From Squalus acanthias (taxonomy: Eukaryota): a DNA stretch of 64,000 nucleotides. The notes beneath the pieces were generated by a model that worked only from the letters and a program-made list of their open reading frames with translations, ran no database searches and was not told the DNA's origin. The stretch spans positions 114,452,001 to 114,516,000 of the forward strand of contig CM059435.1 of NCBI GenBank assembly GCA_030390025.1. Direction: 5' to 3'. The translations under genes were made by a program, and so were the position numbers. Positions within the stretch are counted from its first letter, which is position 1; each line of letters starts with the position of its first letter. Below are positions 40,163 through 53,420 of the stretch, piece by piece.

Positions 40163-41374
40163 CTGAAAGAGAGCAGTAAAGCAATTATATTAACTCAATT
40201 TATACGTTTACATATACCATGAGTCATTTAATAGTGCAATGGGAATTGACTTTTGCATTTACTGAGCATTTGCTATTATTCCTCCAAGTTACCAGAGGTT
40301 TAAGTGCGATTGTGCTCTCCTTGCAAAGAATTCACACGTTCAATTTGAGGCTGATTGCCCATCCATTTTGAAAGTATTTAAAATCTTAACATATTTACTA
40401 GGTCCAGTAAGTGAGTAACAAAATCAAGATAGAGATAAGGCTGAATGATTAATAGTATTATAGTATAAAAGTTTAAACCAGCTCAAACTGCACAGCTTGA
40501 TAACAAGAGTGCTGAGTGGCTACCCACTGCTTGCAGGGTTATCTGGAGCCAAAATAGATCTGAACCAATCAACTTTCCAGATAGTGGACAGCACTGAATC
40601 ACCTTCACCAGGACTTCAAGGACCCTAGCAATGCTAAGCAGAGTTTTAGTTGGTGAACAACAGCCTGTTTAATCAGGGACCACCAACTAGCATCAGTAGC
40701 AAGCCCAATTGCAAAGGGGCAAAAAGCCTGATAAAACTGGCTCCTGACCTGCTCAAAAGTACCCAAAAAGACACCTGTAGGGGAGCAAACCTGGTATCCT
40801 TCCAAAGATGTATGATGCCAGGTTTGGACAATGGCATCTTGATCTTAAGTGTAGTTGGTAGAAAGCAGTCTGTGCTAGAATGAAAAACTCAGAACTCAGC
40901 TATTACAAGTCATCTGAGCTGCTTGGTAGATACCTTCACCTACATAGCTCCACCCCGTGCGAGAGGCGCTTATGAGAGTTTCCTGCATTCCGCTAGTAAT
41001 ACGCTGGCATAGCTTTACACCTGTATAAATGGGAGCAGCACAGCCCAAACTCCTCAGATTTCTGGAGTTTGATGCCAATTCTTTTCATTTAAAAAAATTC
41101 TCAGAGACCTGCATTATACTTAACCAATGTGCTGTCAGTCCAGTGCACTGAAATTTTTTGGGACTCACCCACAAGTTCCTGTCGGCAAGATTGGCATACA
41201 TTGTGTAAATAGAGGAAATTCTAGGCCACTGTATTTTGCAGGCTGGACATTGGGAATGGCTGTAATAGCAATAGCTATTCAGGGTGGCATCCTAGATATT
41301 AAAAGCCCAACACATGAAAGTGCTTCAGCAGGAGCCTATTACTAGTTATGTGCTTGCTAAAGAAAGGCTCTTGC

Positions 41375-41815
41375 AAGAATTCAGTGACTGATTAGACACC
41401 GGCCTTCCCTCTCGGAGTGGGGTTCAAATTCAGCCCAGAAAGATTGGATAAAGGTATGCCAAGTCTGTTAGCTGTAATACTGGCTACGTGAGCAAGTCTG
41501 AACAGCCTCAATCCAGTTCCAAGCAGGCATAGATCCAGAGCACTAAAGGGCGTTGACCCAGAACACTAAAAACTTCAAATGAAGAGTCTAAGTGCAACTA
41601 CTCCCAATTTGACAATCTTAGGCCGCAAGGCAGCTGGTGTAGGAAGTGGAAAAACGTCACACTGATAGCTAGTTTGAAGTTAGAGCCGAGGGACCTTTAT
41701 TCTGCATCTAAATTGTGCTATACCTGACCTTTGAGAGTGAGGTGCTGCCATTTGGTGCAAGATATGGAAAAGTGCTCTATTCCTCAGCATTAACATCTGT
41801 CACCTTAGAGCATGT
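41375..41815 (+). mobile_element. tRNA-derived SINE resembling LF-SINE
   Basis: ggttcaaattcagcccag, ctcaatccagttcc and atctgtcaccttagagca match the recalled LF-SINE consensus blocks in order. Confidence 0.45.
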
Positions 41816-42215
41816 GTTAGCTTGGCCCAGCTGGGAGCACTTCTGCCTCAGTAAGTTGTGGGTTCAAATGCCACAAGACTTGAAATCTTAATCTAGGCTG
41901 ACATTTTAGTGCAGTACTCTGGGAGTGCTGCATCAGGAGTGTCATCCTTCATACAAAATCAAAACAAAGGTGCCAGCTGTGTGCAGGTGGATGCAAAGGT
42001 CCTGTAGTACTATCCAGAGGAGTAGAGTCTCCCTGTATGGTGGCCAACACACCTCACTCAATCAACAATCAGATTAACTGGTCGTTCATCTGACTGCCAT
42101 TTGACAGATGTTGCTGATGTAGAATGGTTACCTCATTTGACTACAAAATAATCACTTCACTGCAAATAACTGAATACTTTTGGTGTGTTAAAGTGCTATA
42201 TGAATGCAAATATTT
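41816..42215 (+). mobile_element. Old Deu-SINE copy with tRNA-like head
   Basis: Box-B-like gggttcaaat; gtgcagtact..gggagtgctgca; tail gtgctatatgaatgcaa. Confidence 0.6.
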
Positions 42216-42469
42216 ATTTCCTTTCTTCACAAATGTCAAAATAAAAGGTTGCAGATTAGGACTCTAGTCTGGACGAATGTTTTGAAAGGAAACATTCCTG
42301 CCTGTCTATGGTGCTGTTAATGATTCAATGAGTCAATCATCAAGGAGTAGACTCATCACAGGGAATTTTGGGGGGGGGCGGCGGCACGCGTGTAGGATTC
42401 TTCCAAATTTAGTCGCAAACAACCCTGCAATGTCTTAACGGGAAGGGCAGTCTTAGCTGGGTTAGCAGT

Positions 42470-42665
42470 GAAAGACTTGCATTTATAGAACACCTTTTCA
42501 CAACCCCAGGACCTCTTTAGTGCTTTACAGCCAATGTAGTACTTTTGAAGTGCAGTCACTGTTGTAATGTAGGAAACGCTGCAGCCAATTGGCACACAGC
42601 AAACAGCAATGATGTAATGACCAGATCATGTGTTTTAAGTGGTGGTTGAGGGATGAATATTGGCA
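42470..42665 (-). mobile_element. Deu-SINE 3' half
   Basis: gaaagacttgcatttata...gcagccaattgg...gttgagggatgaatattgg. Confidence 0.8.
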
Positions 42666-43382
42666 AGCTTACCAGCACACGCAGACATTGGTGAAAACTG
42701 CAGATTGATTGAAGTCCAGCAGTACCCACAAGCATACTCCTGGGCTCTTACCAACCAGCATTTATGCACCCTAAAAGGAGTATGTGCTCTCAAACAGAAA
42801 CTCTTGTGGATTTCTTGGTAGCTTGGTTTACAACTCAAACCATCCTGCTACACTCACCATTTCACAGGTCACCGAACATATCCTTGACAAAAAGCATCAC
42901 AGGCTTGACTGCCATAAAAGGTCATTGTCATTAGAAAAAATATTTTTAAATCGCTGGTAAACAATATTTGGCCAATTTATTTAGTGGGATTTTTAATTAT
43001 TTTGTAAGCATGCTTAAAGTGCATCACTCAGCCAACCAACAAAAAAAATTATTGCAATTACATGACCTTGCTCCTAATATGTGAAGGATAGCCACAACAC
43101 AGAATCCTGGGTGGCAGGATAAGTATTTGGAGTTCCAAGATTAAAAGCAGAACTCCATCGGCACTTAGAAACACTCAAGGAAAGAAAAGTTGCATTTAGA
43201 AAGCACCTTTCACAACCCGGGGCCTCAGTTTAATGTCTCATTCAAAAGAAGGGCAAGACTGGATTACGCGCTCACGTCATAGGTTATTAACAAGTAACTT
43301 CAAATATTGCAGCCATTTCACGGTACCATCTCAAACTGCTGCCCAATTAGAGGTTCTGGGAACCATTTAGCCATATGCTTAC

Positions 43383-43496
43383 TTTTCTTCTCTTCTCCCT
43401 CTCCAGACCCCAGCAAGGTGAAGATGATTCCAGTTTGAGAGTTTACACCAACAGCCGTGACCAACATTCTTCCAGAACCTTCCATTACGTGGGTAC
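43383..43496 (-). CDS. ATP2B1: ATP2B1 exon, 114 nt ([38 protein letters not shown])
   Basis: tttcag acceptor, A|gtaagc donor; within ORF 43318-43554. Confidence 0.95.
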
Positions 43497-45474
43497 CTGA
43501 AAGTAGACCCCAGTTAGAGCTGGCCATCACTGCAAACGCAAAAAATTGCTTCATATGATAGCTATTTCATTACTGTACGCTAAACACAGCTGTTGAGCAT
43601 GAACTTAGGGGTCCATGCTTGTATACACAATGACCGGGAAGGAGAACCCAGCGGTTTTATAGACTCGAGTGCAGGATGCAGTTTCTGTTCGACAGAATAA
43701 CTCAGACCAGTTACGCAAATGAGCAGACAAATGAAACCAAACTTTAATGGCGATAAAGGCAAAGTAAGCATATTGCGAGAAAAAAGGAACAGTATACAAT
43801 CAACGGAATAGAATTAGTAAACTTCGAAAGGGACTTTGCAATGACAGTGGACATCAAGTGTGCAGCCACATTTTAAAGAGCACTTGGAAAGTTGGGCTAC
43901 GTTAGCCTAGAAGAATTCCTACACGCCATGGTGTAGAAGTCTGCAAGTGGTGATGAGACATTAGAATGCACTGGTCAGACCACACTTGGCGAGTACTGCA
44001 TAGACTTCTAATCACACTTCAAAGAACATGCATGCATTATTGGGAAAACAGAACAGCAACATGAACAAATAAGTGTAAAAGGGATAAGATATAAGATTAG
44101 AGACATTCAAGTTCTACAGTCTAGAGAAAAGGTCAAGGTGTGACCTCATGGAGCTATATAAAGTATTAAATAGCCAAGTGAACCCAGATGTTTAATTCAA
44201 GATAATAGTCCAGTGGGACAAAAGCAATACATTTATATAAATGAAAAGTATTTTTAGAACAGATCTAAAAATACCTTCGCTCAAAAGGTTGATAAACATT
44301 TGGAATAATCTACCAATCTAATACTCTAGTGGAGGAAAGACACTTGGGTAGCTCAAAATCTAACTGGATGCTAGACTGGGTGAGATGGAGCACCAAATGG
44401 ATGGCTATCAATGGGTTGAAAGCCATTTTCTCACCTTGATATTCTCCTCATGTACTTACACCAAGGATGGATTCAGTTCTGAAGTGCAAAACAGAACCCC
44501 TTGCTGGGTTATTTTTGCACACGACTTATGTAGAAAGCAGCTCCAAATCCATATAGAAGTTTACAGAACAGGTGGTGACCACTTGGCCCATTGTGTTTGT
44601 GCTGGCTCTTGGCTAGAGCAATCCAAGGCTAATCTCACTGCCCGCTGTTATCCCCATACCCCTGCATCATCATCATCTTTTGCTTCGAACATTTATCCAT
44701 TTTCCCCTTCAAAATGCAATCACCTCTACCTTAACCACTTGGTGGCAAAGCATTCCATGCTCCAGCAACCCGCTGTAAAAAGACATTTCTCCTAATCTCT
44801 CCACTCAGCATTTTAAATTGACGGCACCTCGTCACCAACTCCCGACGAGGAAATTGGCTTTCCCTGTTCAATATCAAAACTACAATTTTAAAAACCTTAA
44901 ATATCCCAGCCTTCTGCGCTCCGGTGGAAATAGTCCCAATATTTCCAAGTCTCTCCTCATAACTACAGTATCCCAACATTGGTAAATCTACACTTTATGC
45001 TATGGCTTCAATATCCTTTCTATAATGGGAAACCAATTCCCCCCCACAGTGCTGTGGCTTAACCAACATTTTTCTTTTACTCTTGGATTCTATACTCCTA
45101 TTTATAATACTCAAGATGCAGTTTGCCTTTTTAATTGCTTTATCGACCTGCACTCTCACTTGGCAGTAATTGCAGCTTAATGTCCAAGATATGAATTCTC
45201 TCGAAGATGCAACAGAAAAATGTAAATAATTTATATGGACTGAGTGGATTTTCATTTTCTTGAACATGTGCGGACCTGTAGATACACCAGTAAGTCTGCA
45301 TCACACTAGACCTTAAACTATGCTTGTGAATTACTGCGCACTTAATGAATACCTGAGCCCGACACAGTTTAAATTCCCACGGCCAAAAGGAAGTCATGAA
45401 ACATAGCATCAAGAGAAATCCAATATCTGCAGTCATCCTACACAGTTATTTCAACAATTCACTCCAGAACAGCA

Positions 45475-46560
45475 CATTGGCATTTATATAGCAATGTAGA
45501 AAGCACCCAATGCACTTCACAATGGAAGTTGATAGGGGAGCTGACGAAGCCATGGAGGGAGAGATTAGGAGTGAGTGAGTGAGAGAAAGAAAGAAAGATT
45601 GATCAAAAGATGGGATTGTTAAGTTTTTTTTTTAAATGGAGAGAAGCAACAAGGCAGAGGGGTCTGAGTGTGGGGTCAGGGAGGGAGGTTGGGTCAGTGG
45701 CAAGGAGTGGAGTTTCTATCAAGGGCCAAGAAACAACTTAATTCTTCCCAATATTCAGTTGAAGAAGTGGTCACTCAGCCACTTAATGTCGGACAGGCAA
45801 TCTAAAGCACAGAAGTGGCTGAGGGGTCAAGCAAAATGGTGCTATGGAAGCTGACCTTGTGCCTGTAGATGATGCAAGAGCAGCACGTTTGAGGACAAGA
45901 GGAGGCCCAAAGCTAGAAGCTTAGGAAACTCCAGAGGCGACAGTGCAGGTGCTAGAGAAGCCATTGCGGAGGTACACTGGCTAGGCAGGAGATTAACCAC
46001 ACAAAGGAAGGTCATTGGAGCTGGACAACCAAAACGTGATCGAGGAAGATGGTGTGGTTAACCATATGAAACATTATACCAAAGATGAGGATAAGGGCTG
46101 ACACAGCATGGTCAGTTATAAAGGATGCCATTCAGGATTTTAGCCAGTCATTTCAGTGCTGCGAGAAGGGGTTAACAGATGGAAATGGAATTCAGAGGCA
46201 GTGAGACTCTTGGAGCTTAGAGAGGAGGTGGATGTTGGAGAGCATAGATGGATCAAAGGTGGCGTGTTTCTTTTTAAGGTTAATGACAAGGCTCTTGAAT
46301 GGAAGAGGCATGGCACCTTAGCAAAGAGACATGATACCAGAAGGGGAAGTTGAGTGATGGAGGAAGTAAAAGGAGGTAGGTCACATGGATGCGATGAGCA
46401 GAGAGAGAGTGTTGGGAGAGAAACTGCAGAATGATGGGGATCAAGGCTGGGGTGGGTAGGGGAGGTCAGGAGCAGAGGACAGAAGGCAGAGAGAAGAGGA
46501 AGGAGGAATTGGTAGAGGCAGCTGTGCAAATCTTAGAGATAAAAAATTCCAGGAGGTTTT
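45475..46560 (-). mobile_element. Old L2-like LINE remnant
   Basis: Begins with the ttggcatttatatagca tail; colinear with 2355-3000. Confidence 0.5.
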
Positions 46561-49500
46561 TTTTGCACTTTGCATTTGGGGTGAGGGTTGAGGAGTCAGT
46601 TAGTCATGAATGGAATGGGCCTAGAGTTGTCATTGTCCACCAGATGACGGTTTTGATTGTGGACACCAAAGCTGGACATGGTCAAGCCAAATCTGGTTAT
46701 GAATTACACGAGTCATTAGGTGCCATGTATGTTCCAGTTCACAGCCCTTTGACTGGAGCACAAAAATGGGCACTGTACTGGGGAAATGCCAGGGGGAATT
46801 AGTGAGTAATTTAGTGGGAACGATAGGTGTAAGGGAACAGGTTAGAAGGTGGCAGAAATGTCATGGGAGGTAGGAGAGTGAGTTAGATGAGGAGCTGGGC
46901 AAGTGTTATCATAGGTGGATGGAGGTGGTTGTGGGATACAAGAGGATGTGGGTAGAAAGGGAAATGAAGTGGTTAGAGATATCAGTTAGCTCTCAGCTAC
47001 ATTTCTATTGGGTGTGCAGGGGAATCAGGCCCTTCTTGACATCTACCTACAGGAGTGTCATCACTTTTCCAAACCTCAGCTTGATCAAAGGCAAATTAAC
47101 TGGAGCTAGGCCACCTGACTGTTCCACTACAGTTGTTCTTTGCACTGTGACAATTCATATGAAGTTGAAAAAATCTAGTCAGTCTAACCACTAGGTCTTA
47201 AGAGGACGAGCAGAATTATTTCACGAAAGAATGAATCTTTGGTGCCCTCAAATTTTCCTTTCAATTATCTGTATTCTTCCTTAGTTTGCCAGCTCTCCTT
47301 TATGGTGTCGACAGCAAATTGTGAGTAGCCCTTCTATGCTCCTGTCCAAATAAATTTATGTATACAAAGGAACTCGAGATCCCAGGGGCATCCTACTAGC
47401 TGTATGTTGGAGCGCACTACTAGTTATACGGTGTCAACCTGAGAAACATCCATTTGCTCCTATTTGCTTTCTATCCTTCAGCCAACATTCAAATATCATG
47501 GGGCCTAATTTTCGTGATCTTTATGAAAGTCCAAATAGATCACATCCAGTGTAATCTGTCTATACATGCCACAATTTTCTTGTATTTATCAAGCATGACT
47601 GTCCTTTACAAATCTGTATTGACTGCCTCTGATTAGCCCATACCTTTCTATGTGTTCAATGTCATCCCTTATTACGTTTTCTTACTGTTGATGAAGCTAA
47701 CTGGTCTATAATTACCTGACTTATCCCTTTCTCCTTTTTTTGAACAGGGGTGGAATGTTCGTCACCTTCCAGTCCTTTGGTAAAATTCCTGTTTTCAAGG
47801 AATTTTGGAAAATTAGTATCTCTGCTATTTCATCACTAAACTGCCTCTGTATTGTGTAGTGTAGATCACTGAAGCCTGGGATGACCGCATGAAGTACCAA
47901 AAACCCTCAAGAGTTTCCTTGTAATGTAATTAGTAATCCTCCCTTTCTCCTCTGGTACTTCACCCTGCTCTATAAATAGAGGTGAAATATTTAAGTACCT
48001 CTGCCTTTCCTTTATTGCCTTCATCATCCCATAGTGACTCCACAAGTTGACTATCAGCTTCCTTTCTGAAAATGGTAGGTTTTGTAAAAGCCTGTGCTAT
48101 TACCAAGACCACTGCAAAATTGGAGTACTTGCTTTTTCTACCCATCTCCCCAAAAAAGTGCGCCTTCGGCCTTGCCCCAATTCGCCCCTTGCTGCAGGTA
48201 TTCACTCCTTTCTTCTGCTGCGTTGGGGGATCCAACTCTGCCATGAGCTGCTGGCAGGAATTCCGGCAGCAGTTTTACAAGGTGGAGAATTTCTGCCCAC
48301 AACCTGCAGCAGAGTTGATACTCATGGAAGGGAAGCAGCTCAGGAGCAACAAATTCCTCTGAACTGGTGCAACAAGGGGCACATCTGTGAACAGCTGGGA
48401 GGGGATGCAGAGGGAGAGGGGGAGGGAATAATCATAACCAATATGAAGAGATGGAGAATGCACTGAATTAGGAAGTTTGACAAAAAAAACTGTGCCCATC
48501 TATGGGCACGGTCATATCCAGAGGCACTGGAAAATTAAATACAGTCGCTATAGAACAACCGATCACCACATTTAAGCAAATGAATACCAGTATATATCCA
48601 CAAAAGCCCAGAACGTATCTGAAGAAATTAGACCATCCCAACAATTGGTCACAATATTCTGCAATCTTCCAATAGCTTTTATGTTGGCTGTCTGTTTTTC
48701 ATACTCAGCCCTTCTAATTTTTTTTTGCTTCTTTTCTGCAGTTTATACATTTGTCCTGCTGTTTTTCTGTAGTACTCACTTGAATTTCACAATGCTTCTT
48801 CTTGCACTTCAGTTTCGACCTAAACACTTAAGTCATCCAGGGAACTCTGGCTTCAAGACATCTTTTCGTATTACTCATTAAGTATTTCCACATCGCTGGT
48901 CTCCTGATTTATCTGCCAACATTTCCATCCAATAGGTCCTGACTAGTTCCACTTTGCTATTTTCCAATACAACCCCTCTTTTACTCTCTTCCCACCCCCC
49001 ACACCAATCTAATCTGACCATGAAACTTATATCACTAAGCTCCACCTTTCCTAGCCCATTACCCAGGTTCAGTGCTGCATCTTCCCTTCTTAGAATTATA
49101 ACGTACTACCAGTCACAAATGCATTTTGGCCACCATTATGCCAGGCAACCTTTGTGTAGAGCTCCCGACATTACAACCCTGTTACTTCTGCAAACTTCTC
49201 AATCTCCATTACTATTTGGCAGTCTATAAAATACCCAATGTCCAAGCACTTATTTCTCAACTAAATCCAGAGAGACGCAGTCCGATCACCACCTTCAATA
49301 ATTGTATCTATTTAATACTGGAATTGTTTCCTTAATTAACAATGTCAACCTGCCACCCTTTCTGCTTTCTCCATCATTAATTAATTAATTAATTTATTTT
49401 TTGAGAGCCAGCATGGTTTAACACCCAACCTTACCTGGCTGAAAACAAGTTTTTGTCGAAGCTATGACATCATACTCCTATTATTAGTGCCCATCTCTTC

Positions 49501-49712
49501 CTAGGTTCACTGCTCTCCCTCAACTTTGCTTCAGAGGGCCGAGATTCAGAGATCACTCAGCCTTCTCCTTTCCTTCAGAAAGCAGTTCTGTAGACAGATT
49601 CCGACTTAACTCTTCACATTTCAGACTGGAGAATGAATTGGCTAGTTTCAACCTCTGTGGCCTACCATGCTAACAAGAGTTGATTTTATTCCACTGTGCT
49701 AGATCATCTTAC

Positions 49713-49838
49713 CAGACAACAGCAGTGGGTCTCTGTCCAAGTGCTTCTTCACATGGTCAGACTCCCCAGTCAGCGAGCTTTCATCGATCTTCAGATCATT
49801 TCCATGAATAAGCACACCATCAGCAGGAAGGAGGTCAC
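49713..49838 (-). CDS. ATP2B1: ATP2B1 exon, 126 nt (GDLLPADG...SLTGESDHV...PLLLS), actuator TGES
   Basis: tttttag acceptor, G|gtaag donor. Confidence 0.95.
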
Positions 49839-49934
49839 CTAAAAATCAGGAAGCCACAAACATCTATTTTAAGACAATCACTTCGCCATCTGCCATGAAG
49901 CATAATTCAGTCATGTTAAACTAGCTCCTGGAAT

Positions 49935-50366
49935 GATGAGGAGAGACAGATTAGTTTGGGTCTATACTCTCGAGTTTAGAAGAACAAGAGGTGATCTCAT
50001 TGAAACATAAAAGATTGAGGGGGATTGACAGGATAGATGCTGAGAGGTTGTTTCCCCTTGCTAGAGTGTCTCGAACTAGGCGGCATAGACTCAGGATAAG
50101 AGGTCAGCCATTTAAAACTGAGATGAGGAGGAATTTCTTCACTCAGAGGGTTGTGAATCCTCTGCCCTAAAGGGCTGTGAATGCTGAATCATTGAGTATA
50201 TTCAAGGCTGAGATCGATAGATTTTTGGACTCTAGGGGAAATCAAGGATACGGGGATCATGCAGGAAAGTTGAGTTGAGGTCGAAGATCAGCCATGATCT
50301 TATTGAATGGCGGAGCAGGCTCGAGGGGCCGTATGGCCTACTCCTGCTCCTAATTCTAATGTTCTT
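49935..50366 (+). mobile_element. CR1 LINE 3' end
   Basis: Closely similar to 18420-18856. Confidence 0.88.
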
Positions 50367-51712
50367 GTAGTTCAATTATTTATCATATTTTCCTCATTCT
50401 TTATAGATAACTTCAACAAATAAGATTTGCTGTCACCCTGCAGAGGAAAATCATTTGCGACAGCATTCTAAGAAAATATTGTCGTAAGCAGTCAAGTTAT
50501 ACACCCCCACCCCATGTTGTAGTTAAAGCACCAGTCAGGGCCACAATTTTTGCTATAGCCAATAGGCCCAGAGCACAGAAAATCTAAACTAGCTGCAAGA
50601 CTGAAGGGCGAGTCAGGAAGGAGCTTTTGTAATGATGATTACACCAAAAAAGGTAACTAATCCAAGGTGTACATTCATCCAATCTCCACATACAAATACA
50701 TTTAAACCAATGTGTAACAGTGGGGTTTGGAGGACCTACATTTGTTGGTGCCAGTGTCCACCATCTTGAACTGTATGGTACATCCTGCGAGTACCTGATT
50801 CAGACGTGAAAATACACAACCTTCAGGTCAACTGTGGCTAGCAGATCTCCAGTGTTCTGCTAAATTAAGGTATTCAGAGTCAGAAGTTGACAGACACCTC
50901 AGACTTTTGGGGAACTGTAAAGTGACCAGACAAAAACTCAACTTTTCAAAGCTCTTGGAATTTTTACTGTAGCTCCAATGAGGCAGGGATAGCCATGTTA
51001 ATAGAAACTCCTCTGAAACCTGGCTAACAATGCAGCCTGTTCACACTGGGCACTACTACAGCTGCCTGGAATCATAAATTCGCTAGTTTTATTGCAGTGC
51101 ACAAGGGTGGCAATAATTGCAATATCTGTTGAATGAAAGTGTCCTAATTCACCCAGGATGTTTCTGGACACCATGACCTAGGAAATCTGGCATTATATGC
51201 AAATGTGGGGCAAGCACACTCACCAAATCCTCCTGTGGCATGGGCTGCATTTAACAGCAGGGGCAATTCCAAAGAGACAACTGCTCAAGACTGTGCCAGA
51301 GACTATACTGATGGGGAGGAAATTAAGTTACACGAGCACCAACTTGGATGCGCTGATCGCATCACTCGTGCTCGACTAGAAGCCAGGAGTACAAGCCTAC
51401 GTGTCTGATGCTGGAGGTTACATGAGGCCCAGAGATCACACATCCTGTCTGGCCATGCAAGACAAAATGTGTCTTGACCAGTGATGCACATTTATACCAA
51501 CAATTATTCCTGTAGCTGACCTTGGATCTAGAGCTGCTGCATCAATTTGCAGCCGATAGGAGGATCTTGTATATACTGCCCCCCAATCTAACTCCTATTC
51601 TCTTTCCTCCCCCCCCCCCCCCACCCACCCATAGGATGACCGCAATTACCCTATTTTATAATTGGAGGGTGAATGAAGAACTTTAAAATACAAATCAAAA
51701 CCACGTAAAATA

Positions 51713-51716
<4 letters not shown>

Positions 51717-51752
<36 letters not shown>
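51717..51752. repeat. (CA)n microsatellite, read as (UG)n about 50 nt after an exon donor
   Basis: Direct reading. Confidence 0.95.
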
Positions 51753-51753
<1 letters not shown>

Positions 51754-51802
51754 CTTATATAACAGTTTACAGAAAAGTTATAAAAATACAAATCTTAAAT
51801 AC

Positions 51803-52060
51803 CATATTTAACTTGTGCAATGTCGCCAACCACCAATTCCGACACAGGAATCTGGATAACCTGGCCACCTCTGATCACTGTGAATTTCTGCTCTTGTTCA
51901 ATCCGGTTTTGTAGACCTCTAAATTGTCTCTCTTTACTCCAGTCATTGAAAGCTGTAACTAGCACCACACAGATAACCGAAACAAGAATAGCAACTCCTT
52001 CGATCCAACCAGCTTGCGATTCACCTTCATCTTCAAAGCCACTTGTACCTGCACCGCACG
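51803..52060 (-). CDS. ATP2B1: ATP2B1 exon, 258 nt ([22 protein letters not shown]...DIAQVKY), TM2
   Basis: ttctgcag acceptor, G|gtattt donor; translated by hand (not in ORF track). Confidence 0.95.
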
Positions 52061-53169
52061 CTGCAGAAACAAGAACAGATTATAAAGGGCATAAGGACCT
52101 GCATAGACTTTGCATGCATATTAGCTCACATGTAGAGGATGTCAATATGGTATGGTTTCACAAGTATGAAAAAAAATCAGATCCAACTGGTCCGACTGCA
52201 TTAGCACCACATAAACAGGAGACTGGCACTTTGACAGTAACACTGATGGTATGTGCGAGTCATGTTGAGTAGAAAAAACAAACAGTTTCCTTGGTGACCG
52301 ACACTAATCAATAATGTAGGCAAGGTCAATGCTGCCTGTGAGTGGCCCAATGAGGAACCACTTGAATCTTGTGTCTCGAGTCTTTTCTGGTCATAGGCAG
52401 CCTAGCTCATGGGCAAGTGTTGGGACACATTTGACAACTTCACTTAATTCAAACTGTACATCAGTTTTGCGCTCAATTGGCTCAAGCATCCATTATAAAA
52501 TTGCAAATCACTAAACAATGTCTCCAATTACTAAGTAGGAAAAATACCAAGCTGGCAGGAAAATCAGTAAAGAATCAGCAAACAGACAGCAATAAACAAA
52601 CAAAGGAGACGAGAAACCAATGAAATAGATTGAACTATTTCAGCCACCGTGTCAAGGATAGGCTGAAAGTATGGTTTCGAACATTAAAAACTTCAATTCA
52701 CAAACAAATGTAAAACTACCCATAAAATTGGACATACTGCTTGGGAATTTGTTGAAAGTTTGCTCCCACAGAGCCACCCTCTCGGGAGCTGGAGTTGTGA
52801 TTCCTTTGTGCTGTCTGCTGGATTGAACTTGGCGTTGCTGATATTTTTCAGGCCTGTGCGAGAGAGTGATCTTTCAGATCTACACGGGCGTGACCTCAGA
52901 GCGACTAATGTGCTAATCTTGTTAATATGGACTTGGCCATCTTGCTGTAAGTGTTGATTTGTTTCTGGAAGCCCACCCCAATTATTCAGCTTCTAGCCCA
53001 GGAGCCTGCCTCAAGACCTCTCATTCCACTCCTGGTCCAGGCAGGCATGCTTCCAGTAAACTTTCCATACAGACTGCAGCATTTGACACATTAGACCCCC
53101 TGTGACCCCACCTCATTGTCTTAGTTGTATTTTGCTATGTCTTTGATATAATGCCTTCCTGACTGACCT

Positions 53170-53420
53170 GATTGCCTTTTATCACACCTCGGCAGAGAGA
53201 CAGTCAGAAAGATTAACTGTAGTCGTCTGACATTGTACGCTGCACATGCATTGTTCTGTCTCTATGTGCTTTGCCGATTTGTATTCCTTCCCTTCACCTG
53301 ACGAAGGAGCAGCGCTCCGAAAGCTTGTGATTTCAAATAAAACTGTTGGACTATAACCTGGTGTTGTGCGACTTCTCACTTTTGTCCACCCCAGTCCAAC
53401 ACCGGCATCTCCGCATCATG
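53170..53420 (+). mobile_element. Penelope-like element terminal (pLTR-like) fragment
   Basis: Hammerhead core followed by AATAAA (53336-53341) and the tail ctggtgttgtgcgacttc...ccagtccaacaccggcatctcc. Confidence 0.6.
53294..53330 (+). ncRNA. Minimal type-I hammerhead ribozyme motif
   Basis: TCAC-CTGACGA-A-GGAGC agc GCTCC-GAAA-GC-TT-GTGA; palindromic AAGCTT at stem III. Confidence 0.75.

Noticed and set aside
50860-51490. Possible decayed Harbinger transposase remnant (and Myb-like remnant at 48030-48470)
   Set aside because: Only vague motif resemblance; cannot be supported without a profile search.
51820-52272. Plus-strand ORFs over exons (also 18006, 21765, 33323, 35154, 36005)
   Set aside because: Antisense shadows of ATP2B1 coding exons.
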